Origin: Eledone cirrhosa
Taxonomy: Eukaryota
Direction of reading: 5' to 3'
Assembly: GCA_964016885.1 (NCBI GenBank)
Contig: CAXHJY010000933.1
Span: 1 to 58,945 of the forward strand
DNA: 58,945 bases
Made by a program: the position numbers and the translations under genes. Positions 15,731-28,048 of this stretch are shown piece by piece; the first letter of the stretch is position 1; every line of letters starts with the position of its first letter. The notes below the pieces were generated by a model that saw only the letters and a list, made by a program, of their open reading frames with translations, was not told the origin of the DNA and did no database searches.

Positions 15731-17557
15731 ATCATCATCATCATCATTTTACGTCCGCTTTTCCCTGCTTGCAAGGGTGGGACGGGTCTTATTCAGCACA
15801 GCATCTCTCCACTCGTCGCGGTCCCTCGTCATCTCCACCGTGAGCTTCAATGATCTGAGCTCTGTTCTCACCACCTCCGCCCATGTTTTTCGTGGTCTAC
15901 TTCTACCACGTGTTCCTTCAACTGGCAATTCCTGGCACTTCTTCACCCATCGGTTATCCTCCATGCGCATCACATGTCCATACCACCTCAGTCTCCTCTC
16001 CCGTACACTACATTCTATCCCTCTCAGACACAGTTTCTCTCTCAACACATTTATGCTGGGTCGTTCACGCACATTTACACTGCACATCCAACGGAGCATG
16101 CTTGCCTCATTTCTCTCCAGCCGTCGCATATCCTCTGCAGTTGCTGCCCATGTCTCACTACCATGCAGCATCGCGCTCCTCACACAGGCATCATACAACC
16201 GGCCTTTCGTACGCAGGGAGAAACCCTTCTTCGTCAACAGAGGAAGCAGCTCCCTAAACTTCTTCCACCCCGTCCTTATTCTAGATACTATGGCCTCGGA
16301 ACACCCTCCTTCCATGCTAATCTGATCTCCTAGGTACCGGAAGCTATCCACCACTTCTATAGCGCCCTCTTGCATTTGAAAAATGTGTCTATCAGTGCGA
16401 CTTCTACTGTCTAATTTCCCTGTACATCTACGGCATACATATTTCTCCCTACCTGTTAGTTTGCCTGCTATCCCGCTACATCTCTTGTGTACCCAGGATC
16501 TGCATTGTGTGCATTTTATAGAATTTATGCCAGTTCCTTTTCTGCATATCGAACATGGCCATTTCCCTGACGGAATCAGGGTTTTGTCCTCTTTTCTACT
16601 CATCAACACTTTTGTCTTAGCTAGATTCACTCTCAGTCCTCTTGCTTCCAACTGCTGTTTCCATAGCCAGAATTTATTCTCTAGCTCCTCTACTGATTCT
16701 GCTATAAGAACCAGATCGTCAGCATAGAGAAGTTCCCATGGACAGCCAGTCTTAAACTCCTCTGTTATGGCTTGGAGGACTATAATGAACAAGAGCGGGC
16801 TGAGGACCGAACCCTGATGTACTCCTACTTGTATCTGGAATTCCTCACTAAACTCCATTCCCACCCTGACTTTACTGAGAGTACCTCTGTACAAAGTTTG
16901 CACTGTCCTCACAAGCCATTCTTCAACACCTAGCTTCCTTAGGGACCACCAGATGACAGATCGGGGTACCCTATCAAAGGCCTTCTCTAGGTCAACAAAG
17001 GCTAAGTATAGTGGCTTATTCTTCTCTAAGAACCTCTCTTGCATTTGTCTCACCAAGAAGAGGGCATCTGTTGTACTCTTCCCAGGCACAAAACCAAACT
17101 GCATCTCATCTAGTTTGACCCTTTCTCTAATTAGTTGTGCTAAAATCCTTTCTGCCACTTTCATAACCTGATCTATCAGTTTTATACCCCTATAATTGCT
17201 CCTCTCCAAAGCATCCCCTTTACCTTTGTAGCAATTTATGAGAATACTGCTGCACCAGTCTTTGGGTATGACACCACCATATATAGCCTGATTGATGATG
17301 CGTGCAACCAGTTTAGTGCCTACGTCCCCTGATGCCTTCAGCATCTCAGCAACTATTCCCGATGGTCCGGCCGCCTTACCATTTTTCATTTCCCAAATCG
17401 CCTCTTGGACCCTATATTCGTCAATCTCAATAGCTGGTCCCTCTGTCGGATTTACCAAGGGTAATTTCTCTCTCTCCCATTCGTTCTCCACATTCATCAG
17501 TCTCTCATAATGACATTTCCAGGCCTCCTTTTTCTGATCATTCGCATCATCCCGGAC
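15731..17557 (-). mobile_element. 5'-truncated RTE LINE (family B) with uninterrupted 582-aa RT ORF (15749-17497)
   Basis: YADD RT and embedded finger; the ORF runs up to the (GAT)n tail. Candidate TSD ACAGAT at 15727-15732 and 17558-17563. Confidence 0.92.
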
Positions 17558-17719
17558 ACAGATATACTATATAAAGACTGAAGGATAAAGAGAGAGAGAT
17601 GAGAAATATATTCTGCTAAATATATGCCATTAAATAATGCAGAAATATCATTCAACTTAATTTTCTAAATATTATTTTCAATAAAAATAAATAAATGAAA
17701 TAAACTACATTTGATGTAC

Positions 17720-17720
<1 letters not shown>

Positions 17721-17753
<33 letters not shown>

Positions 17754-18762
17754 TAACGTCCATATTCCACGCTCGCATGGGTTTGGACGGGAGTTTTCCC
17801 ACTTGAGGCAAGAGTGGTTGTCTTGCTCGCGTAGGACTGTCTGGCGGGTTTTCTACGGCTGGATGCCCTTCCTAACACCAACCACATTTACAGTTTGGAA
17901 CTGGGAGGTTTTTACCGTGTTACCTACACGGCCACATTACAGCGTGGACTGTGTGTTTTTTTGTCGTGACACCTACACGACCTCATTTGTTTCGGGCTGG
18001 ATGTTGTGGTACCAACATAACTTTACATTGAAAGGGGTAGTGGGACGGGGGGTGTATTTTGTTAGAGGTGCCTACTGACTGTAGAGAAACGAAGCATGCT
18101 AGCTTCGTTTCTCTCCAGTCTGCGTATATCCTCTGCACACAATGCCCAGGTCTCACTGCCATGTAACATTGTTGTTCGTATGGCACTTGGCACTTAGGTA
18201 AGGCGGGTCTTCTCTATTACTGTGTAGCGCCAAAGATCTTGGTCCAGTGACATTGTCTTGGAGAGGTGTAAGTGTGTGAGGTCGGAATTTATCAAGTCGT
18301 CCCAGGTTTTTCTGGGTCTGCCTACTCCGTGACTACCGTCTATTTTTATTGCCCTGCACTTTTTTATACAGCTGTCGTCTTTCATGCACATCACGTGACC
18401 ATACCAACATAGTCTTCTCTCGAGTAAACAACATCTGATCCCTCTTATTTCTAATTTGTCCCTTAGTTCGTTTAGGCTTTGCCGTTCACGTATATTACTA
18501 TTACACATCCAGCGGAGCATGCTAGCTTCGTTTCTCTCCAGTCTGCGTATATCCTCTGCACACAATGCCCAGGTCTCACTGCCATGTAACATTGCTGTTC
18601 GTATGCAGGCATCATACAGCCTGCCTTTCATTTTTAGAGAGAACCCTTTAACGGCCAATAGTGGTATAAGCTCTCTGAACTTTTTCCATCCCGTTCTGAC
18701 TCTAGTTACTGTACTTTCAGAGCACCCTCCCCCACTGCTGATTTTATCAACCAGGTAACGGG
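17721..18762 (-). mobile_element. 5'-truncated RTE family A with an internal 90-bp duplication
   Basis: ORF 18194-18658 ends DLWRYTVIEKTRLT; long (CAT)n tail. Confidence 0.9.
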
Positions 18763-19896
18763 TGCAATATATATATATAAATGGATTTTTAAAAGTGTTT
18801 TCATCAAAATACGAATAATATCATTTGAAAAGTGCTTATAGATATATTTAACAACCTCTTTGGATTTGTATGGTCTTTTTATGGGGGATTTATTGTAAAA
18901 TCATATTATATCAAAAATATATCTAATATATTTCAGAGAGGAATAGAAATGACTGTGTATGTAGGCATATAGTTTATTAGCTATCTTAAGTGAGCAATAA
19001 TATAGTGTAATGAGATGATACTGTTGAGATAAGCCAAGAATTAAATTGTGATGGATATTTTGGTCTCAGCGAATTTGATTGTTATATTCTTTGCTGTTTT
19101 TAAACAGTGTAAAAGTAGGATGGGTGAATGTGATTAAAATATGTGACTGTTGGATTACCACCACAATTGACATATACTAAATTTGAAGCCTGGCAATATA
19201 TCACATTTAGAGAAAAGCCAATGGACTAATTAGCATAAAGTTACTCATAGATACTCTCCAGCCCACAGACATGCTGTTTCCTCTCTCTGCTTTTTTTTAT
19301 CATTACTACAGTGGCCTCTGTTCCTTGAATTGGTTGGTCACATACGCATCCAACTTAGTCATCTGCTAGAAATAGCTGCCAATTTTCCCTCATATTACCT
19401 CCTTGATGAACACATTGAACAATGTAATCCCAGATATGCAATTTCTGAGAGACGTATAGGATGGCCATTACTGGAGGAATGCCTTTGATCCTAGTTGTGT
19501 TCAGTTGGAGATGACTGCAGGCTAAACAACAACCTACATTATTTTCCCAACTGTAACTCATATTTATGTGTGTCTGATAGAAAAAGTGATGGAGCAAGTG
19601 ATTTATTGTCAGTTCTGTCATGTTTGGTAGTCACCCATGACATAATGTTCAACTTTCTTTGAACCAGCTGCCTCTTCTTCCACAGCTGATCAATGATAAT
19701 CAATAACAATTATTATATTAATGTTCTAACATACCAATTTTAATCACATTATTAACATTGAAGAATACCAGTCAGAAAATTCTAGAGGATTACCATATTT
19801 TCTGGCAGCAGACAAAGACACACTACATTATATTATTTTCCCTCCACCACCATGAAGTGTATTAGATGGGATGGTGTACTCTCTAGCTAACCACTG

Positions 19897-20095
19897 TATA
19901 CAGAAATATTCACTTACATAATTCAATTACTGTATTACCCCAAGAAAGTGCTTTAGTATCTACCACATATATCAAGTCATCATTATCATCAATGGATTTT
20001 ATGATGATGATAATTTCCATTTATATGTGGTAGATACTAAAATGCACTCTTGGGGTAATACAGTAATTGAATAATATGAGTGAACATTTGTGTAT
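19897..20095. repeat. Degenerate inverted repeat (MITE-like)
   Basis: ATTCAATTACTGTATTACCCCAAGA and TTTAGTATCTACCACATA have inverted partners at 20023-20072. Confidence 0.75.
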
Positions 20096-21081
20096 GTAGT
20101 GTACATGCTGGACACTGAGAGAAGTAAATTCTACTCCAGAGAAAACTTGCACCAAAGGTGTGTTTGTCTAAAATAAACGGTAGCATTTTTGGAACCCAGC
20201 AACAAAAACAAGAGCAGCACAGAGTAGATAATCTTAAAATTTATCTCTTAAACCAGCGTTAAGTTGTGGTTGTAATTGTTGTTTAGCTCCAGCCAAGTCA
20301 TGTGATCAAGCATTCCACATGTGACCATCCCATCTATTTTATGACAGCTGTGTGTGGTTTTTAACAGTTTAAACAAGCACATAGAACACTGGCACACTTT
20401 AGAGCACTTAATGCAAAAAAACAAAAGAACATAAGCAAAGATATCAAGACTTTATGGTTAGAATTTCATCTTTGATTTTTCAAATTTAAAAAGATTTTAT
20501 TTTCATAGTACAGGGAACCAATGACATTGTTTCAACTCAAATTTTCCTTGTCTTTGTCATATTTAGTGGTCTAAAACTTACATCTTGAATTGAATAAGAT
20601 GATCATCATTTTCACTGGCTGGAACTATTAATTTTCACTTACACAGTATTCGTCAACCTGAGCTTATATTTGCCCAAGGTACGATGCTGTAGGACTGAAA
20701 CCAAAACTGCATGGTTGCAAAGTGAACTTCTTAACCATTCAGCCAAGTCTGCACCTATTATAATTCAATTCACTATATAAAACAACTTATTTCAGATGCT
20801 GTGTGTGCATGCATGTGTACCTGTTGTCTTTAAATGCCAGTGTAAGTAGGCCATATATGCTTTATCACCATTTCCCAGTTGTATCTGAATCTTCTACTAG
20901 CAAAATCACCAAATTACTTGCTCTCTCTGTTGTATGTGTATGTATTGTGTATGTGTATATGTGTTACAGAAAGAATATGGGACCTTATTCCTCTTTATTG
21001 CTTTAAATACACCTCCTTCACCTCAAATTCTCCTCCACTAGTAAAAGAATCCATTAAGGATTGTGTGTGTGTGTGTGTATG

Positions 21082-21340
21082 TATCATCATCACATCGTTT
21101 AACGTCTATCTTCTGTACTAGCATGGGTTGGACGGGAATTGTCCCATTTGGGGCAAGATTGGTCGGGTGACCGTGTCTCGCTCGTATAGGACTATCTGGC
21201 AGGTTTTCTACGGCTGGATGCCCTTCCTAACACCAACCACATTTACAGTGTGGACTGGGAGTTTTTACCGTATTACCTACACGACCACATTACAGCGTGG
21301 ACTGTATTTTTTTCCCTCTTTTTTTGTTGTGACACCTACA
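21082..21340 (-). mobile_element. RTE 3' UTR fragment
   Basis: (CAT)n tail, terminal motif and GGATGCCCTTCC motif. Confidence 0.8.
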
Positions 21341-21347
21341 TGATGGA

Positions 21348-21381
<34 letters not shown>

Positions 21382-21403
21382 CATACACACACACACACAT
21401 ATA

Positions 21404-21504
21404 CAGGGTGCCCCAAAAAATGAATACATACTTCAACAGCATTCTAATAAATATTGCCTGTACAGATAATCAAAGTGTGTATACATTTTTTTGGGGACAC
21501 CCTG
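21404..21504. mobile_element. 101-bp Tc1/mariner-type MITE
   Basis: TIRs CAGGGTG(T)CCCCAAAAAA(A)TG with TA flanks. Confidence 0.8.
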
Positions 21505-21513
21505 TATATATGT

Positions 21514-21785
21514 GAAGGTGTGTGGCTTAGTGATTAGAGTTTTCGGCTCATGAGTTTAGTTCCCAGACCAAGTGGTGTGTTGTGTCTTTGAGCAAGTCAC
21601 TTAATTTCATGTTGCTCCATTCCACTCAGCTAGCTAAAGGAAACATGCTGAATCTCCCTGAGAAATAGATTATGAGTGCACATATCTGTGGAACATTTAC
21701 TTTTTAATTTCACTATCAGACAGTGGCATGGATTGAATCAGCTGAAGCAGTTGCCATCAAAATTGGCAGAAGTCCAGCAACAACA
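21514..21785 (+). mobile_element. tRNA-derived SINE remnant
   Basis: TGGCTTAGTGA A box and TTTGAGCAAGTCACTT core, like the 32974 element; minus-strand relatives near 15600-15710 and 20670-20755. Confidence 0.6.
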
Positions 21786-21820
21786 TATACATATATGTTT
21801 ATCTCTCTCTCTATATATAT

Positions 21821-21850
<30 letters not shown>

Positions 21851-21852
<2 letters not shown>

Positions 21853-23098
21853 AATTAGAAATAAGAGGGATCAGATGTTGTTTACTCGAGAGAAGGCTAC
21901 GTTGGTATGGTCACGTGATGCGCATGAAAGACGACAGCTGTATGAAAAAGTGCAGGGCAATAAAAATAGACGGTAGCCACGGAGTAGGCAGACCCAGAAA
22001 AACCTGGCATGACTTGATAAATTCCGACCTCACACACTAACGCCTCTCCAAGACAATGTCACTGGACCGAGATCTTTGGCGCTACACAGTAATAGAGAAG
22101 ACCCGCCTTACCTAAGTGCAAAGTGAAACCTACTACAGTCAGTAGGCACCTCTAACAAAATACACCCCCGTCCCACTACCCCCACCCCATCCACACCACC
22201 CCTTTCAATGTAAAGTTATGTTGGTACCAACATCCTGGCCGAAACAAATGAGGCCGTGTAGGTGTCACGACGAAAAAACACACAGTCCCACACTGTAAAT
22301 GTGGTTGGTATTAGGAAGGGCATCCAGCTATAGAAAACCCGCCAAACAGTCCTATGCGAGCAAGACAACCACTCTTGCCTCAAGTGGGAAAACTCCCGTC
22401 CAAACCCATGCAAGCATGGAATATGGACGTTAAACGATGATGATGAGGATATATATAAGCATTAACGAATTGAGAGAAAGACTAAGCATAAGAGGTATCA
22501 AATGTTGTGTGCAGGAGAGGGGATTGTGTTGTTATGGACATGTGATGTGTATGAAGGACAACAGCTGTATAAAAAAAGTGCAGAGTGATCAAAATTGATG
22601 GAAGCTATGAAGTGGGTAGACCAAGAAAAACCTGGGACGAGGTGATAAAAACTGACCTTGCTCATTTAAACCTCTCTAAGACAATGTCACTGGATTGAGA
22701 TCTTTGGTGCTATGCAGTTATACAGAAAACCTGCCTTCCCTTACATACGAACTTAAACCTAGTCAGTAGGCACCTCTTAATCCAATATACACCACACCCC
22801 ACACCCTGTACTCCATCCTCCTACTTCTGTTCACTGTAAAGTGGTCGTGTAGGTGTCATGACAAAAATCACTCAGTCTACACTGTAAAGTGGTCGTGTAG
22901 GATACACGGTAAAGAGGCTTCCACTCCATACTGTAAACGTGGTTGGTGTTAGGAAGGGCATCCAGCCATAGAAAACCTGCCAGAAACAGTTCTGTACGAG
23001 CGAGACATGGTCACCCGACCAATCTTGCCTCAAGTGGGACAAATCCCGTCTAACTCATGCTAGTGTGGATGATGGACGTTAAATGATGATGATGATGA
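21851..23098 (+). mobile_element. Two head-to-tail RTE 3' fragments (21851-22447 and 22455-23098)
   Basis: KLEIRGIRCCLLERRLRWYGHV; two (GAT)n tails separated by a short TA run. Confidence 0.88.
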
Positions 23099-23108
23099 TA
23101 TATATGTA

Positions 23109-23355
23109 TGTAAAAGGTTAACAGAAATAACAAAACCAACAGCACAGTATATGAAAGGAATATATTAGTTTAACACTTGAAATAGCAGGAAGAAGGTCTT
23201 AACGTTTCGGATGCTAATCCTTCATCAGAAGAAAGAATGAGAAATTGGAAAGATTGAGGGGATGGGCAGGGCGGAATCAGGAAAAAAAAATTTTCTAGAG
23301 AAAAATAACAGGACCATTCATGTTGCCATCTCTTGGAAAACTGTTGATGCTGGCG
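23109..23355 (-). repeat. PLE pLTR-like repeat, copy 1
   Basis: About 245 bp homologous to 25632-25865; carries the hammerhead motif. Confidence 0.65.
23197..23232 (-). ncRNA. Minimal type I hammerhead motif in a PLE pLTR-like repeat
   Basis: Minus strand: UCUU-CUGAUGA-A-GGAU-uagc-AUCC-GAAA-CG-UU-AAGA. Confidence 0.65.
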
Positions 23356-24269
23356 TTTTGTAAAAGGTATACTTTAGAAAGTGGATGATGGAGTGCATCT
23401 ATCTGAAAGGGAAAAAAAAATATTTTGTATACAGAGCTATACTTGTGTGTGTTATATGTCCATACAAAGCTAAGAGGATATGTGTGAGTATATAAGTAAA
23501 AGGGTGTGTGTGTGCTTGTAAGTTCGAAGCTCTGAGCAAAAGTATGTTAGTATAAGGGAGTGTGTGTGTACAGAGTTGTGAAGGTAAAAGTAGAGGTTTG
23601 TGTGTGTATTTTGTTGGTCTGTATAAGCTATAAGAGTATATGTTTCTGACCATAAGAGAGCCATAGGAACCTAGGGGTGAATGTATGTGCGCATGTGTGA
23701 CAATGGACGGGGTAAATGTGACGGTGACCAGGAGTATAGAAGTAAGCACGAACATATGTGTATAAGATTAAAGAAATAGGCGAGGGGAGTTGAGTCCATT
23801 GGAGTAACTGGACCCATGGCAGAAAATCCGACTCTGCTTGCCACTGTTTAACAACTATTTTCAATTCTTGCATGAGTTAGACAGGGTGTCATATTTTGAG
23901 ATACGTCTGGTCAGGTGATCGTCGTGTCTTGGTCATATGAAACTGTTTATGGCTCTTGGTTTCTATAGCTTAATGTGCTTCCTAAAACCAACAGCATTAC
24001 AGTGTGGGCTGTGGGCTTTTTATTGTGTCCCCACCATATATATATGGAACAGAAGCCACAAAGTCGTGTGTAACTAAATAATTCCTTATTTCGCATGAGT
24101 TTAAGTAGGAGTCCCAGCTCACTGATGTCAATCCCACAGAATTTTGCTGATCATCTCAACAAATTTTTCTACAGCAAAATATATGTCCAACAAGGCCAGG
24201 GAGAGGCACACAAGTTGCATTTTCAAGAACCTGAAAAAAATAGGCCATGCTATCCCATGGACACTATTA

Positions 24270-24900
24270 ATTTGTGAAATTTGAAGATGATATCACCACA
24301 GTTTCAAAGATAAGACATCACAAATATGGCTAATTATTCATTTAAGTCTAATTAGGCAAGATTTCGACCAATTCGCTGACGATTCAAATTGTCATATTTC
24401 CTAAAATATCAAAATCTTTCTTTTTGGATGCTTTCTAAGAAATTAGATTTAGTAGAAGTAAATATTTTCAAATATTCCTAATGACACCTATTTACCTATA
24501 TGGCATCGCAGCTATCCTAGACATTTAATCCATACAAATAACACTAGCATCTCCAAGGTTGTGCTCTATTTTGAACTGAAATGTGGGAACCATCAAAGAA
24601 GACACCCAACACTCCATTAGGATGTCATCAAACGTAACCTCAATGACCTGATTATAACTATATGGAAGAAGACGACTGCCCACAAAAAAAAATGGAGGAG
24701 AGCTATAAAGAAAGGAATAAAAGTTGCCAAATCAAATTGGTTGGAACAACAAGAATGGAAGAGAGAAAGAGCCAGAGCAAAATTGTCCACATAGACATTA
24801 CTAACTGTATTCTGCACTGGGTTTGGGTGTAGTTGTACCAGTGTTTTGGGTCAATAATCTCATGAAAGATCAAAGCATTGTTGGAGTTTCTTCATTCTAT
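24270..24900 (+). mobile_element. Very old RTE-like C-terminal remnant
   Basis: Degenerate RIPK.VLYFELK.G...GRHP...I....W...A....KWRRAIKKG followed by a Cys/His-rich end. Confidence 0.45.
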
Positions 24901-25631
24901 AATAATTTGTGAAAAAAAATCTAACGAACTATACTCCATTATGAGGGACTGCCAAGGAGGAAGATATATATATTTAAAAGAGGAAAATCAAAAATTAGAT
25001 GTCACAAGATTACTACCATCACCTTCACCACCACACACATACAAAAAAAATTGATGAAATTCCCTTCCACTCCTAGAAATAAAATTGTTGAATTAATATA
25101 ATTTGGTGTTGGCTGCAGCAGTTTGTTGTTGATGGTGGTGGTGGTGGTGGTGGTGGTGGTGGTGGTGGTATAGAGAAAGGAAGAAAAGAAGGTGGGGCTG
25201 GGAGTCAAAGAAGAATCATGAATAACAGTCAGTGTGTATATGTGTGTTTGTAAAACTGCATACTTTTAAATTTCAGTGAAATGTTGATGTACTTGACAAG
25301 TGAGCAGTTAAGTTAAAGAAATAAAATAAAATTAATACTTGGGTTGTTGATATTTATATTTTGTATCCCTGCTTGACCATCCTGCAATCACGTTTTGACA
25401 ATAGGAGCTTAATAGGATCTACTAAAGTCTGAATCTACTTGTATGTATATATGTGGGTGTGTGTATAAAATAGTAATTTGTGTTTTACTGGTTAATTTGT
25501 TTATGTTACAGTTAGTTTGTTTTGGGGAAGGAAAGTTGTTTTACTCAATCTTATCTCATTAATGAATCGTAAGATTTTTTCATATCATCACACACCCACT
25601 GTCTGGCTATATATGTATATATATATATATT

Positions 25632-25865
25632 TGTAAAAGATAAACAGAAATAACAACTCAAATGGTACAGTTTATGGAAGGAATATATTAATTTAACACT
25701 TGAAATAGCAGGACGAGGGTCTTAACGTTTCAGACGCTAGACCTTCATCAGAAGAAATTAGAAAGATTGAAGGGACGGGCAGGGCAGAATCAGAAAAAAT
25801 GTTTTTAGAGAAAGATAGTAGGTCCATTCAAGTTGCCATCTCTTGGAAAACTTGTTGCTAGTGAT
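25632..25865 (-). repeat. PLE pLTR-like repeat, copy 2 (hammerhead stem II degraded, 25720-25755)
   Basis: Shares TTTAACACTTGAAATAGCAGGA...GTCTTAACGTTTC...CCTTCATCAGAAGAAA...GTTGCCATCTCTTGGAAAAC with copy 1. Confidence 0.65.
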
Positions 25866-26119
25866 AAAAAACGGGAGGTTATATCCAAATTTGGTAGAAC
25901 ACTCAGTCCTTGTTATCAAACTATCGACATATTCTGTGCAGAGTCCAGTCTGCTCATATATACTTCCGTTCTCACTGCAACCATACATGGGTTGAAAGTC
26001 CCTCTGATGAAACGTGTCCTCAAATATGGTTTGTTAATTTGTTGTGAAGCTATCTCTATCTATCTTTCTCTATATGTGTGTGTGTGTATATATATATATA
26101 TAGAGAGAGAGAGAATAAA

Positions 26120-26395
26120 ACATGTCTTCATACCAGAAACAGTAAGCTTCTACCATCTCATCGAAACACATAAAACAGGACTGTACTTAAAAGTTAGACC
26201 TATCATTTCTGGCATAAACTGTCCTTTCTATAAAATCTCCTGGCTTCTTTCCAGATTTCCCAAACCTTTTCTTCACACTTTCCCCAGACTCATAGAAAAC
26301 TCACAAGTATTAGTCAACAGACTAAAAGAACTTAACTCCACACTTGGACTGAATAGATACCCTTTTAGTTTAGGCGTAGTTTCCCCTCTATACCA
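26120..26395 (+). mobile_element. Penelope-like element reverse transcriptase fragment
   Basis: FYHLIETHK...VRPIISGINCPFYKISWLL...LIENSQVLVNRL...FSLGVVS.LY matches the PLE RT pattern FY.LPK.HK...RPIIS...P...S..L...IKNS...SLDV.SLY. Confidence 0.75.
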
Positions 26396-26399
26396 GGTT

Positions 26400-27280
26400 C
26401 TGCTTCAGTTGTTAATACTGCGGGCGAAAGAGGCTTGGTGAGGCACCAGATGGCAGGAAGACTTCTTGGTTCAATCAAGAAGTCAAAGATGCCATCCAAA
26501 GAAGGAGGCTTACAGAGCTTGGCTTGGAAATAAGTCCTTCTTCTTGCGCTTGCGGTATAGGCAGTCATGAAGAATTGCAGCAAAGACAGTAAAGGCGTCC
26601 AAAGTTAAAACATGGGAGAACTTTGGGGTTAAGCTAGAATCTGACTTCAGATCAGCAAATAAAGTGTTCTGGCAGACCATCTGCCGACTTGCTATCAAGA
26701 ATGTGTCTGGAGTTCTCCTCTCTCAAGAGAGGTGCATCCACGCGAAGTGGAGACAATACTTTGCTGATGTCCTAAACCCGATCACAACAGCATTTTCGGA
26801 TATACATGAGGTGTATCTAGGAGCAGTGACTAATCTATCAAAGGCTGAGGTTACAAGAGCAGTTAAAGAGATCAAATGTGGCAAGATGTTAAAAGTCTTA
26901 ACCCTTTAGCATTTAAACCAGCCGTATCCGGCCAGAATTCTCTCACCTCTTTCTGTTCAAACTGGCTGTAACTAGCCACTCATACTAATGTAAGGTATTG
27001 TTCTCAAAATATATAATATCAAAATCTCATAAATTCAATATTATGTGAGATAAAGCTTTTACCGTGAAAATACAATAGTATATATTGGGTAATGCAAATG
27101 CTAAAGGGTTAAATAGAGAAGGTATTCTCTGGCTGACTCATTTGTGCTGGGTGGCCTGGATCTCTGGAAATGCACCTAAGCAATGGCAATCGGGAGTTAT
27201 AATCCTAATTTTCAAATAGGGACACTAGAGAGATTGTTCCATAAAGGGACCGCCTTATTAAGCCTCCTTGGTGAAGTCTA
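26400..27280 (+). mobile_element. Old RTE-like LINE remnant split by a TTAA MITE
   Basis: KWRQYFADVLNP...EVTRAVKEIKCGK; MLKVLN|REGILWLT is restored when the MITE is removed. Confidence 0.7.
26902..27108. mobile_element. piggyBac-like MITE with TTAA TSD
   Basis: TTAA|CCCTTTAGCATTT ... AAATGCTAAAGGG|TTAA; relatives near 52970-53163, 53816-53960 and 54931-55147. Confidence 0.85.
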
Positions 27281-27803
27281 TGTTAATCAGAGTTATCTAT
27301 CAAATTATAAATGTGAGGAAAAAATAGACAAAATATACTACAGTTTTGCCAATTGGTTTGCAGCTTTAGTGCACCATAAAAGTACACCAGGGCTGTGAGG
27401 CTGCCAGCTTTTCAAGGGATCCCTGAAGTGAAAAATCGATCACGTGTCATAGCGGTTACAGAAAAGATTTAACGTGTGTGTGTGTATATATATATGTATA
27501 TTTATTCTGCATATATCACACACACACCCCTTTATCTTTCCCTCTTTATAAATCCTTTTCCAGTGGCTATCACTGGCTGTTATGATTCGTGAGATGTTTT
27601 CCTAGATATATCGTAGTATCATACATTTTAAAATCTCTAGAACAGTTTCAGTAAGCAACGTTTTTCTTACTCACACATTCTCTAATGAATTTATTACGTT
27701 TTCACATTTTCTCATAATTAGGCTATATATGTAAAATTTTCTCTTGGGTTAATCACTACCTTGATTAAATCTTAACCATTTAACATCTCAGGGTATGTCA
27801 TGT

Positions 27804-27873
27804 ATCATTATATTTTGTCTGATGAGGACGTACTGTTGTACATCCGAAATATGTATAATAAAATGTAATTGAT
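27804..27873 (+). ncRNA. Minimal type I hammerhead ribozyme
   Basis: CUGAUGA (27819-27825); stem II GGAcGUAC-uguu-GUACaUCC; GAAA (27846-27849); 2-bp stem III with AUGU loop; UA cleavage site after 27857; stem I of 12-15 bp (AUCAUUAUAUUUUGU / AUAAAAUGUAAUUGAU). Confidence 0.8.
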
Positions 27874-27905
27874 CGAAAGAACATCTATTTTATTAATATT
27901 TATAG

Positions 27906-27949
<44 letters not shown>

Positions 27950-28048
27950 AAAAGTCAAATGATTAAAATTTAGTGTTGGTATACAACCAACATAAACTCA
28001 AAATCTCTATATATATATATATTTTAATATATATATATATATATATAT

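Noticed and set aside
26004-26020. CTGATGAAACGTGTC, hammerhead-like
   Set aside because: No stem II and no stem I pairing; at most a deleted relic.
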